Below are positions 50,645 to 62,424 of a stretch of 64,000 nt of DNA, piece by piece. Where the stretch lies: the NCBI RefSeq assembly GCF_963921235.1, contig NC_086104.1, positions 88,102,001-88,166,000 of the forward strand, in the 5' to 3' direction. A program made the position numbers and the translations under genes. Below the pieces are notes generated by a model, which saw nothing but the letters and a program-made list of their open reading frames with translations, had not been told where the DNA came from and made no database searches. Each line of letters opens with the position of its first letter. The first letter of the stretch is position 1. Source of the stretch: Mobula hypostoma (lineage: Eukaryota).

Positions 50645-50749
50645 CAAAAAGGAAGATTTTAAACCTCCCGAACTGTATTTCATATTGATTAGGATCAGCT
50701 TGACAGGGAGCTGCAGAAACCACATTGGGAGACCCAGACTCTGCCTGAA
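50645..50749 (-). CDS. TAF5L: TAF5L coding exon 2
   Basis: Acceptor tttaacaacAG, donor G|GTGAGT, 105 nt, phase 1-1. Reads VQAESGSPNVVSAAPCQADPNQYEIQFGRFKIFLF. Too short for the ORF track. Confidence 0.93.
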
Positions 50750-52042
50750 CTGTTGTTAAAAGAAATACAAATAGAATATTATCAACACTAAAAGATCTGG
50801 CACAGGAAATAAAATCACATCCCAGTCATTTCAAAGTAACTGCACTGACAATGTCATTTCAATGGGCATGCAGGTGAAAATGAGGTTAGACAAACTAATT
50901 CAATGGATTGTGAGAAGCTGTTTCTTTGCATTTGCAGGTGAATACTGCAATTCTCACAATACATAGCATATCACAATTTTAAAAAGTTCTTCGTAACCAG
51001 GATCATCTTGCTATTGATGTGTTATTTACAATGAATGTTAGTCCCAATTGTGGAACTAATCAATCCACACAACCAAATTGTCTCACACCTCATTATTCAA
51101 CTGGTTTTAGAAATGAAAAAAAACCTTGCTAAAATGAAAAAGCACATGTTGGACATACTGAGCAGAACAGGCTGAATCTGTAAAACATTGGAAACATTTT
51201 TGTAGTTTTGGGAACATTTTCTGTTTCTCCTCCCACAGATGAGGCCAGAGTATTTCCAGCATTTTTAGTAATGTGCAGTCTATATTTTCACTTTCTGGAA
51301 TGCAAGTCTCATTCACCGCTGAACAAAATTTGCCTCAAGCATCTGATTTTGGTCATTCTCAACATCTCCCCAGTAGAAAACAGACAACTGGCACAGTTAT
51401 AAACATTGAAAGTTGAGAAACTAGCAGCTCCAAATGCATATGTTGAAATTTTACACTTTCTTTTATGTAGAAGAACTAAACGAGGGTACACTTTATCATC
51501 CTCTGCATTATTCCTTTCATCATTTAATCTCCTCAGTGAGGATATTTCCTTTTATTCCTCATCCTATCATAGCCTCTGCCTCCAAGCTTCCAAAGCATTT
51601 AACTTAACTATTTCTGAAACGTTAACCTTAAAGATCAACTTTTTTCCTTGTCTCTACAGATGATGAACAACACTGAAGCAGTACAAGCCTAGCTTTATTT
51701 CCAATTTCCAGCATCCATATTATTATGCTTTTGCATCAACAATATTTTTCTTGGCATCACTTTCCCTGCTGTTTAATTACCTTAGTTTTGCACTTAATTT
51801 AAAATCACATAGATCTCGAAGCATCAATTCAGCCATATTAATCAAGTTATTTTAAAACATCTGACAACTTAAGCACTTCAATGTCACTGTGTTAAAAAGG
51901 AAGTTTCACAACTTAGCAGTTGCTGGTGGTACAAGAATCCTATGTCAACTACTGTTCCAAATTCACTTAATCCATGTTATATGCTTAGCCTCAAAAGTTT
52001 ATGAAACAATGCACAAATAGATGTTTTATGTGGATATTTTGA

Positions 52043-52963
52043 CTCAAATACCATCTACAAATTTGCTGATGATACAACCGTTGTTGGCAGAATCTCAGGT
52101 GGTGACGAGAGGGTGTACAGGAGTGAGGTATGCCAACTAGTGGAGTGGTGCCGCAGCAACAACCTGGCACTCAACGTCAGTAAGACAAAAGAGTTTATTG
52201 TGGACTTCAGGAAGGTTAAGCTGAAGGAACACATACCAATCCTCATAGAGGGATCAGACGTGGAGAGAGTGAGCAGTTTCAAGTTCCTGGGTCTCAAGAT
52301 CTCTGAGGATATAACCTGGTCCCAACATATTGATGTAGTCATAAAGAAGGCAAGACAGAGGCTATACTTTATTAGGAGTTTGAAGCGATTTGGCATGTCA
52401 ACAAATATGCTCAAAAACTTCTATAGTTGTACCGTAGAGAGCATTCTGACAGGCTGCATCACTGTCTGGTATGGAGGGGCTACTGCACAGGACCGAAAGA
52501 AGCTGCAGAAGATTGTAAATCTAGTCAGCTCCATCTTGGGCACTAGCCTACAAAGTACCCAGGACTTTTTCAGGAAGTGGTATCTCGGAAAGGTAGTGTC
52601 CATTATCAAAGAACTCCAGCACCCAGGGCATGCACTTTTCTCACTGTTACCATCAGGTAGGAGATACAGAAGCCTGAAGGCACAAACTCAGTGATTCAGG
52701 AACAGCTTCTTCGCCTCTGCCATCTGACTCCTAAATGGACATTGAATCTTTGAACACTACCTCACTTTTTTAAAATATACAGTATTTCTGTTTTTGCACT
52801 TTTAATAATCTATCCATATACGTAATTGATTTACTTGTTTATTTACTGTTTTATTTAATTAATTTTTTTTCCTGTCTCTGCTAGATTATGTGTTGCATTG
52901 AACTGCTGCTGCTAAGTTAACAAATTTCACATCACATGCCGGTGATAATAAACCTGATTCTGA
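52043..52963 (+). mobile_element. Rex1/Babar-like LINE 3' fragment (same subfamily as 20469-22880)
   Basis: YKFADDTT, then WCRSNNLALNVSKTKE..VDFRK, FKFLG and KARQRLYF (52113..52694). Tail aataaacctgattctga. Confidence 0.88.
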
Positions 52964-53118
52964 AGAAAGTAGTTCTGTGCCTACAGTTCTGATGTCTGAT
53001 AAAAAAATTTGAGACTTGCTGCAATTTACACACTTAGAATAATGCATTGGATTCTTGAGAAATGCTAATAGTCAAAATTGAGTCCATTAAAAGCCTTCTG
53101 AGAGAATTTAAGGACTTG

Positions 53119-54424
53119 AAAAAGGATCTACTGCTTTCCCAGCATATATGACAAATAAACTCTTCTCGGGCTTTCAGCCGGGTACAGGTATCAATTATAA
53201 CCGATGTTTCAATGACAAACTTCGAAGATGATGACAGACAACACACATCAAAGTTGCTGGTGAATGCAGCAGGCCAGACAGCATCTCTAGGAAGAGGTAC
53301 AGTCAACGTTTTGGGCCGAGACCCTTCGTCAGGACCAACTGAAGGAAGAGCTAGTAAGAGATTTGAAAGTGGAGGGGGGAGGGGGAGATCCAAAATGATA
53401 GGAGAAGACAGGAGGGGGAGGGATGGAGCCAAGAGCTGGACAGGTGATTGGCAAAAGGGGATATGAGAGGATCATGGGACAGGAGGCCCAGGGAGAAGGA
53501 AAAGCGGGGGGGGTGGGAACCCAGAGGATGGGCAAGGGGTATAGTCAGAGGGACAGAGGGAGAAAAAGGCGAGAGAGAGAGAGAGAGAAAATGTGTGTAA
53601 ATAAATAAATAACAGATGGGGTACCAGGGGGAGGTGGGGCATTAGTGTAAGTTAGAGAAGTCAGTGTTCATGCCATCAGGTTGGAGGCTACCCAGACGGA
53701 ATATAAGGTGTTGTTCCTCTAACCTGAGTGTGGCTTCATCTTTACAGTAAAGGAGGCCGTGGATAGACATATCAGAATGGGAATGGTTTACAGTAGAAGA
53801 GGCCGTGGATAGAAGCCACACTCAGGTTGGAGGAACAACACCTTATATTCCATCTGGGTAGCCTCCAACCTGATGGCATGAACATTGACTTCTCTAACTT
53901 CCGCTAGTGCCCCACCTCCCCCTTGTACCCCATCTGTTATTTATTTTTACACACACATTCTTTCTCTCTCTCTCCTTTTTCTCCCTCTGTCCCTCTGACT
54001 ATACTCCTTGCCCATCCTCTGGGTTTTTTCCCCCTCCCCCTTTTCCTTCTCCCTGGGCCTCCTGTCCCATGATCCTCTCATATCCCTTTTGCCTATCACC
54101 TGTCCAGCTCTTGGCTCCATCCCTCCCCCTCCTGTCTTCTCCTATCATTTTGGATCTCCCTCTCCCCCTCCCACTTTCAAATCTCTTACTAGCTCTTCCT
54201 TCAGTTAGTCCTGACGAAGGGCCTTGGCCCAAAACGTCAACTGTACCTCTTCCTAGAGATGCTGCCTGGCCTGCTGCGTTCACCAACAACTTTGATGTGT
54301 GTTGCTTGAATTTCCAGCATCTACAGAATTCCTTGTGTTTAAGATGATGACAGAGCTGGTCTTCAAAACATCGGTTATAATCAATACCTGTACCCTGCTG
54401 GAAGTGCAAGAAGAGTTTATTTGT
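53119..54424. mobile_element. Miniature foldback element of a second, probably Penelope-like family (outer element of a nested pair)
   Basis: ~70-bp inverted arms at 53150-53217 and 54357-54424. One-sided extension at 53119-53149. TSD aattt(aa/gg)ggacttg at 53105-53118 and 54425-54438. Confidence 0.75.
53239..54340. mobile_element. Foldback (inverted pair) of Penelope terminal repeats (inner element)
   Basis: Minus arm 53239-53786, plus arm 53812-54340. Perfect 14-bp TSD aagatgatgacaga at 53225-53238 and 54341-54354. Decayed hammerheads at 53301-53336 (-) and 54207-54242 (+). Confidence 0.92.
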
Positions 54425-54921
54425 AATTTGGGGACTTGTCCACTTACCTATTCCAATAAACTAAACTAGTTTATCTCAAGGAATTAAGTAGGAAAACAAG
54501 GTGATGACTGAAAACATCTGATCACCTGGAATGCAATTCATCTATTAAGACTTAGTAAAAATTAAAAATTACATATCAGATACTAAACCTGAAAGGGTAA
54601 AGAGCTAAACGCTGTTGGTTTAGCCCAGGAAGAAAGTAGGAATTATGAAAATGTTTAATTAAGGAGAAAAACAGGAATTCTAATTTATGGCAAATTGGGT
54701 TTGCCTTAAGAGATCTCTGCTATTAAGACAATGCTAAACTGGTCAACCATCAGTGGTAGTGTCTCACTGAACAGGCTGATCACCTCTACTTGGTCACAAG
54801 TACACGAGGTTCAGGTGTAGCAATGAAAGGGAAGAGAGAAAAAAGGGTTTCCTACAGTCAACTGTTATATTTATGTATTTATTGAGTTAAAGCACAGGAC
54901 CTTCTGGTCCTTCGCGGCATG

Positions 54922-55014
54922 TTGCAACACAAACAAGATGCTGGAGGAACTCAGCAAGTTGGGCAGCATTCATGGAAAAGAGTAAACAGTCGACATTTCA
55001 GGCTGAGACCTTTC
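54922..55014 (-). mobile_element. Short Penelope tail with a partial hammerhead
   Basis: gatgctggaggaactcagc..cagtcgacatttcaggctgagacc. Confidence 0.65.
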
Positions 55015-55346
55015 AAACCTCTGATTCAACCCTACATTTACAGTTCTTGCAATCTGCAGCCTCAAATGCAACTGAATAAAGAATTCTTATTTTGCAATTT
55101 TCTAAACAATCCAATGCAAAGATATCTGCATTGCTGACCATTGTAAATGTAGAGAGGCAGGAATGATAGCTCAGGACTTACATTAACAATACAAACCAGC
55201 AATTTGGCTCATTCTGTACAAGCTTTTTCCTGTTATTTTGAAGTAATTTCACCAATGAGGTGGAAATTTTCTTTACTCAAACTTGATGTAGATGTCTAGT
55301 ACTCAAAATAGCCTGGTTCAGGTAGGCAAAAATGTCTTCGATGTAC

Positions 55347-55488
55347 CTGTCAAGTTCGTTGCCATTTCTTCAGCAGTCTGAGAAAATTTCGGTCCCTGCT
55401 TCATGGCTCCATCCGAGTCCACGAATTGTCTTCTTCTGAGGTAGTGAGCCACAGCAGTTTGAATCTGTTCTGTGCGTACTCGCTTCAT
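55347..55488 (-). CDS. TAF5L: TAF5L first coding exon
   Basis: Acceptor tttgtttAG|actATG. Reads MKRVRTEQIQTAVAHYLRRRQFVDSDGAMKQGPKFSQTAEEMATNLT. Donor G|GTACAT, 142 nt. Total CDS 142+105+725+792 = 1764 nt = 587 aa. Confidence 0.95.
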
Positions 55489-55728
55489 AGTCTAAACAAA
55501 TCAATGGGATAAGTGACAATATTTATTTGACAATTATACCTTTTTAGGTCCATCCAACTGAGAGTGGTCACATAATTGGGGGAGGGAAAGAGGGGGAGAA
55601 GGGGTGGGAGGAAGTGTGGATGGGCGTGGGGGAAGGGGTTGAGAGACGGGTGGTAGATGGGGCAGGGAGGAAGGTAATCGTTGCCCCACCGCCTCCGCAC
55701 TTCCCGCAGGCCCGCAGCCTCCACTTAC

Positions 55729-55900
55729 TACCGAGCCGTGACTTACTGCATGACGGCCGTTCCCTCCCGTGACAGCAGAGAAAGCGAAGGCCGGAGAATG
55801 TCACCGGGCCTCAGAGCCGATCCGAAGGACGCGCTGCGCTGGGCTCCGGGCCAGCCGGCGGTGGGCAGGGGGAGGGACCGCTCTCTCTGCTGCCGCTTTG
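55729..55900 (-). other. TAF5L: Putative TAF5L non-coding exon 1 with two candidate GTAAGT donors (55746, 55728)
   Basis: Two perfect GTAAGT hexamers 18 nt apart at the edge of the CpG island. The 5' boundary (TSS) is approximate. Confidence 0.6.
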
Positions 55901-55989
55901 CCGCCTCCGCTCGAGCGGCTCAGCCTCTCGCCGATTGGCTGCGTGCGCGGGGTGAGAGGTCGCGGGGGTGTCATGTGACGCCGGGAGCT

Positions 55990-56055
55990 GGCGGGTCGGC
56001 ACGTGTACGCGAGCGGAACCGGGAAGGGAGACTCTGGAGCTCTCTGCACCCTGGG
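55990..56055 (+). other. URB2: Putative URB2 non-coding exon 1
   Basis: Strong donor GGG|GTAAGG at 56056 inside the CpG island. The start is approximate. Confidence 0.55.
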
Positions 56056-56659
56056 GTAAGGGCAGGATCGTCTGCCACAAACCGTGCCGTGGCCCGGACG
56101 CTGGGGTTGATCCCCTCTATCTAACTGCTTTGACGGGCTGTTGAATTTCGCTACGGGTATGCGGACACTCCTACAAACCTAGATCAACACAGAGGCACAC
56201 ACGCACAATGCTCCCTTAACATTGTTGGATTTAGGTCTAATATTTGTTCTTACACACGACAGAATTAGTTTCCTCTCTCACCTAACTTCTAGTAATTATT
56301 TGTCAGTCACATGCACTTTTCATAACAATACTGTGGAGATATGGTTACCAGATTGGGTGTTTTTTTGTATATTTTCTAACTTGTGGATAAAAATGACTTA
56401 TGGACATCTGTAGAAGTGGAACCTGTTTGACCAAAGATGGCCTGTGCTGGACCTTAAGTTTCTTAACTGCATTTTTCATTTCTTGTCAGATAGTCTCTTA
56501 GCAGGGGATAACTTGCTGCAGCTCTGCTTTTGGTAGTTCTGAGGGGGTTGGTGATGCCAGTGTGGGAAGGGAAGACTCTTCAGTAGGGTTGGATGGGTGA
56601 GGTAGTGTGATCTTTTCACCGTAGGACTTGTGTGTCCTCCCTGACCCTCTCGGTCCCGG

Positions 56660-57015
56660 GTTTCTCATTAGAGTTTAGAAGAAGGAGACTTGATTTTATT
56701 GAAGCGTAAGATTCTGCGGTTGGACATGTTGGAAAGAAAGAGATTGTTTCTCTTAATGGGTGTTCCAAAAGCTGAGGAATAAAGTTTTGGAATGAGAGAA
56801 GACATTTCTTCTCCCAGAACGTTGCAATATTGCAGCCATCCCAGTTCCAGGGAGCTGATGAAATATATTCAAGGAAGCGGTTGAATATTTGTATGACAAA
56901 GGAATCAAGGAGAAATAGGGAGAGAGTGGGAAAGTGATGTTGAGGCCAGGGCTAGATTAGCTGTGAAGTTATTGAAGGTGCGAGTGACTTGCTTCTGCTC
57001 TGTTCTCTAATGTTC
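56660..57015 (+). mobile_element. Old CR1-like 3' fragment
   Basis: tagagtttagaagaa..gaagacatttcttctcccagaacgttg..cttctgctctgttctctaatgttctt. Confidence 0.55.
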
Positions 57016-57262
57016 TTGTGTGGGTAGTGTGGTAGGTGGTGCCTTATTACCCACCTACCTATTCCACCAAGTAGGTATTCAGTGGGCTTGGCAAGCAGCA
57101 CTCCCATCTGAAATGTGACATCTCTGACCATACTGTACTCAGCACTGTGAAACTCTGCCTTCAGGCTCAAAGCCAAGAGTGGTACCACCGCTGGAATTCA
57201 TGAGGTGATACGGCGAGTCACTAGTATAAAAGCTAGACTGGTTTAAACTGTATTCATTTTAA

Positions 57263-57460
<198 letters not shown>

Positions 57461-58654
57461 TAAAATGCACATGGTCTTTTCAAATTCCTTTCTGAACTTC
57501 CGTATTGCGGTAATCTCCTTCTGCCCAGTGGGCTTTCTGGGGTTTCAGACTTCCTTCAAATCTGGCCACTTGCTTATCCCTGATTTCTACTGTCCCATTA
57601 TTAACAGTCAGACCTTCAGTTCCATGTTCTGCTGGTTCCAGAATTTTGTCCCTGAACCTCAACCTCCTTCTTCTTCTGGAATTACATCAACACCCTCTAC
57701 TCCTTTGGTGACCAGTCCTGAGAACACTACCTCTATAATCTGACACCTTTGACCCTGTTTATTTTTGTAGATTTCTGCCTGTAATGTGACACGTTTGTCT
57801 CAGTTTATTTTTGTGTTTCTGCCTGCTTTTAAAAGCAACAAAACTTTGTCACTAGGACTCCCTCTCTACAAAAGTAATACTTTCTAAAGGAAGGGGGGAC
57901 TTAAAAAGAGTGTGCTATGTCAGTCTGGCTGTAATAGACTGTTGAACCTTCCATTCTGTGTATGGGAATTGGTGGGTGGTTAGACGGAGAAGTCACAAAA
58001 TGGTGCTTGCATTAGGGCATGCAGAAAATCTGGATCAAGAAGGGGGCCAGAGTTGACTCTCTAAATAAGCTATCCAGTCTGCCCAAATCTTCTGCCCATT
58101 CACAGTGTCCCCCATTCTTCTTATCCAAATTCTTTGTATCAGAAATGCACCTGCTGCCTGTAAGGCTGTGGATTTCCCACCAGAACTTTTTTCCCCAGAT
58201 AAATATTTAAATAATTCACTGCAGTTCCAATCTCTCTTCTCTGACCCCTGCTCCCACAGCCACTCAGATCTTATGACAATTCTGTCAATGTTGCATTAGG
58301 ACTTTGAGTTAACGTGTTCAGAACTAAAGTAAGTCAAGAATTGCATGGGAATTTTAATTATTTGTGATCAAATTTTGTATATATATTGTATGTCTATGTT
58401 GAGACCATAAGAGACCAAAGTCCAATGAGAAATCAAAGTGATTCTGACATTTAGCTGTGTGCTTTTCATGGATCTAAATATTTCCTCAAATCAGGAGATT
58501 AAACGGTAAGTGATGAGGTAAATTGAGAGGACGTGATGGCCGATTCTTGCTTGTTCTCCTGTGATTGATGTGTTTTAATATTGGGATGAACTTTCCACTA
58601 TAAACTGCAGATGGATTTCTGAGTTAAAATGCTACCATTTGTAAAATTCGATAA

Positions 58655-59850
58655 GTTAGCTTATTATTGTAACAGGTATGAGGTACATTGAAAACTTGTC
58701 TTCCATAGAGATCGATGTATTACAGCTCTGTATTGAGGTAGTACACAGCTTCTGATTCTGAAAGATAATAGTGCAGATTAAAGTGTTACAGATGTAGAGT
58801 AGGTGCTGGTAGACAATGAGGTGCAAGGTCAAAACGGGATAGATTGCGAGGTCAAAATTCATGCAACGGCAGGATAGGAGCTGTCCTGGAGCCTGGTGGT
58901 ATGTTCTTTGGAGGGTTTCCACAATGTGCTGAGCTGTGTCCACGACTCTGCAGTTTCCTGCGGTCACGTGCACAGTTGTTGCCACGCCAAGCCGTTTGGT
59001 TTCTATGCTGTAACAACAAAAATTGGCGAGGGTCAAAGGGGACATGCCAGGTTTCTTTAGCTTCTTGAGGAAGCAGAGGTGATCATTTTTTTTTGTCCAG
59101 GGCATCAACATGGTTGGACGATGACAGGCTCTTGGTCATGTTCAGTCCTAGTAACTTGAAACAATCAACCTCAGCTCCACTGAAGTCAACAAAAGCATGT
59201 ATACCACTATCCCACCCCCACCCCCCCACACTGAAGTCAGTGATCATTTTTTTGTGTTTTGCTGATGTTGAGGGAAAGGTTGTTGTCATGCCACCAAGTC
59301 ACTGGGCCCTTTACTTCCTTCCTGTACTCTGACTCATCGTTGTTTGAGGTACAGACTACTACAGTGGTATCATCTGCAAACTATGGACTTAGAGCAGACT
59401 CTTAGCCACACAGTCGTGAGTGTATAGGGTATGGGGCACCAGTATGGTAGAGATGTTCCTGTCTTTCCTTAATGATTGTGGTCCAATGGTCAGGATGTCA
59501 AGGTCCCAGTTGCAAAGGGAGATGTTGAATCCCAGGTCTAGGGGTTTGATGTAGGTGTTGTTACTGCCCAGATGCTCCAGAGATGGTTGTAGGGCCAAAC
59601 AAGATGGCGCCTGCTGGGGACCTGTTTTGGCAGTAGGTGAACTGCAGTGGGTCAGGGTTGTCTGGGAACATGTCCTGACCAGCTTCTCTAAGCACTTCAT
59701 GATGGTAGAAGTCAGAGCCACTGGGCAGTTACCTTGTTTGGGGTGATAGTGTCTTAAACAGGTGGGAACCTCAGACTGAAGCAGGGAGGGGTTAAAAATG
59801 TCTGCAAATACCCTTGCCACTGACATGTGCTGGATCTGTTGGGATACAGT
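58655..59850 (-). mobile_element. Decayed Rex1/Babar-like LINE
   Basis: VFADIFN.SL.QSEVP, PVALTSTIMKCLE, LCNW..D.L and YTHDCVAK (59389..59868). KFADDTT at about 59360-59380. Confidence 0.8.
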
Positions 59851-60157
59851 TTGGGATTTAGAGCCCAAGTTGAACTGAGATACACTTTTATTATTAGACC
59901 AGGCTGCGTTTTCAGTGTGACAAGTCTATTCTTTCCTTCCAACCCATTGTGTAGTAGCAATGATAGGAACTGGGAAGCAGCTCAGTTGTAAAGGGAATTG
60001 AAAGTGCCATCATAAATCAGAGAAGGAGATACTAAAGTCCTTGTGTTTCACGCAAATCAATTAGATGCTCTGTTACGTACAGCTTGTCACATTAGAATGG
60101 TATCAGGTTGTATGCAACTTTTCACTGTGATCTCTCTTTTTCTCTCGCCACCCCAAG

Positions 60158-60334
60158 GTTTTACTCGACTGGGTGAGCCATGCATTAACTGGATACTACA
60201 GCAAGAAGCTCCATTTTGGAGCTGAAATTGTGGAAGGACTGTGGTCCTATCTGGATGACATTCTTCACAGCAAAAGAGTGCAGAAGCTGATGGAGAAAGG
60301 GAAGATCATCACGATTCGCTTCTCGATCCCTCAG
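60158..60334 (+). CDS. URB2: URB2 second coding exon (gene continues beyond the window)
   Basis: Polypyrimidine tract then ccccaAG. Reads VLLDWVSHALTGYYSKKLHFGAEIVEGLWSYLDDILHSKRVQKLMEKGKIITIRFSIPQ. Donor CAG|GTGAGC, 177 nt, phase 0. Confidence 0.94.
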
Positions 60335-60543
60335 GTGAGCTGGCTTGGATTGTCAGCTGCACCCCAGTGAGGAAAGAAATTGCTGCCAGTGACCACTTCT
60401 GTCTTGGCAGGAATGGGTTAATTTGAAGCAGGAGAGCTAGAAGGGAGAAAGAATACGCTTTTATGCTGTGCTGTACAAACACAGTCATCCAGTGTTTTTC
60501 GGAAATTGCCAGCAGTTGTGGCACAAAGGAATATGGAAGCAGA

Positions 60544-61769
60544 CTGGACTATACCACTTCCCACACTGTCACTTGTAAAAATGCCAGTCCCTTCTCTCAG
60601 TTCCTGTGTCTCCACCTCACCTGCTCTCAAGATGAGGCTTTTCATTCCAGAACAACTGAGATGTCTGCCTTCAAAGAAAGGGACTTCTCTTCCTCCACTT
60701 TCAATGGTGACCTCACCTGCATCACTTCTATTCACACACATCTGCCCTCACCCCATCCTCCTGCTGCCACACTAAGGATAGGATTCCTCTTGACCTCACC
60801 TACCACCCCACCAGCCTCTGTGTCCAGCACATAATTCTCCGTAACTTCTACCATCTCCACTTGCCCCCCACTTTCCGCTTTCTGCAAGGATCACTCCCTG
60901 CACGGCTCCCTTGTCCATTTGTCCCTCCCTACTGATCTCCCTCCTGACACTTATCCTTGCGAGTGGACCAAGTGCTACACTTGCCCTCCCTCCTCCCTCA
61001 CTACCACTCAGGGCCCCAGACAGTCCTTCCAGGTGAGGCGACACCTCGCCTGTGAGTCTGTTGGGCTCATCTATCCAGTGCTCCTGGTGTGGCCTCCTGT
61101 ACATCAGTGAGACCTGACATAGACTGGGAGATCGCTTCACTGAGCACCTTCACTCCATTGAACACAAAAAGTGGGATTTCGTGGTGACCGTCAATTTCAG
61201 TATTACTTCCCATTCCCATTCCAACATGTCATTCCATGGCCTCCTCTACTGCGAGGATGAGGCCACACTCAGGTTGGAAGATCAACACCTTATATTCCAT
61301 CTGGGTAGCCGTCAACCTGATAGCATGAATATTGATTTCTAGAACTTCTGGTAATGCCCCTCCACCCCCTCATCACTCCCCATTCCTGCTTGCCTCTCTC
61401 ACCTTAGTTCCTTACCTGCCCATCACCTCCCTCTGGTGCTCCTCCCCCTTCCCTTTCTTCCATGGTCTTCTGTCCTTTCCTATCAGATTCCCCCCCACCT
61501 TCCAGCTCTTTATCTCTATCACCAATCAACTTCCCAGCTCTTTACGTCACCCCTCCCCCTCTCCCGGTTTCAACTATCACCTTCCTCCTCTCCACCCACC
61601 ATCTTCTTACTCTGACCTCTCCACTCTTTTCCAGTCCTGAAGAAGGGTCTCGGCCCCAGATGTCAACTACTTACTCTTCCATAGATGCTGCCTGACCTGC
61701 TGCATTCCTCCAGCATTTTGTGTGTGTGTGTGTTGCTTTAGTTTTGCCACATCTGCAGATTTCCTCATG
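60544..61769 (+). mobile_element. 5'-truncated Penelope-like element (RT end, GIY-YIG, terminal repeat) in a URB2 intron
   Basis: LDYTTSH..PFSQFL..CSQDEAFHSRT and TYPC..KCYTC..QSFQVRRHLACES. Decayed hammerhead at 61633-61668. 12-bp TSD tatggaagcaga at 60532-60543 and 61770-61781. Confidence 0.9.
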
Positions 61770-61794
61770 TATGGAAGCAGATTTGTTAACTGCC

Positions 61795-62010
61795 CAGGTC
61801 CACAAATGAGATGTTGATTAGGTAGAGCACTTCCTTAATTTCAGTTGAGAGGTCAATATTGGTTTGAAAAGAATTCCATTCAAGTTCTTTACGATAGCAC
61901 GGATGGATCTTTTTAAGTCTACTGAGGAGAAAGAGCATGTCTTGTTAAAGTTTCATGTAAAAACCCACCTGCCCTACTATGCAACACTTTCTCAGTACTA
62001 CATACTGTAA
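61795..62010 (-). mobile_element. DeuSINE-like remnant
   Basis: cacaaatgagatg..gttgagaggtcaatattgg..ggatcttttt..cactttctcagtactaca, resembling the reverse Deu domain. Confidence 0.45.
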
Positions 62011-62424
62011 GAGAAATGAGCAACAGGTATCTGCTGGGGGAGCTCAGCAGGCCGAGTAGCATCTGTGGGAGGAAAGGGATTGTCGGCGTTTCAAGACAAC
62101 CTCAGGTTTCTGGAGATGGGTATGAACTCGCAATGTGAGCCAAACTGACAAATACCATTGGTCAAACCATTTCACCTAATTCGCATTACCGTGACTGAAG
62201 CAAAGTGTGTAGAACAAGGTAGAGGGGCTGAATGACAGCCCCCTGCTCGTGTTCCAAAATGAGATGTATGAAACCTGGTTTACAGCCATTCAGGAAAAAC
62301 AACGAGCGTTTCTGAACAACAGGTCTTTATATTGACATCGTAAAGATCTTGACTGCACTCAGGCAGGCTCTGAAATGCCTGATCTTCAAAAAACCCATAC
62401 ATTTGCAGTACTTAGTGTGTGGCG

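Larger units (their letters stand above)
55670..56170. promoter_or_regulatory. CpG island / bidirectional promoter of TAF5L and URB2
   Basis: High GC and CpG density between divergent genes. CCAAT box (gattgg 55933-55938), GTCATGTGAC E-box variant (55970-55979), CACGTG (56000-56005) and ETS-like ggaa sites (56013-56025). Confidence 0.85.

Noticed and set aside
55485-56124. Several GC-rich ORFs across the TAF5L/URB2 promoter
   Set aside because: Expected stop-poor frames in a CpG island, with no recognisable protein similarity.
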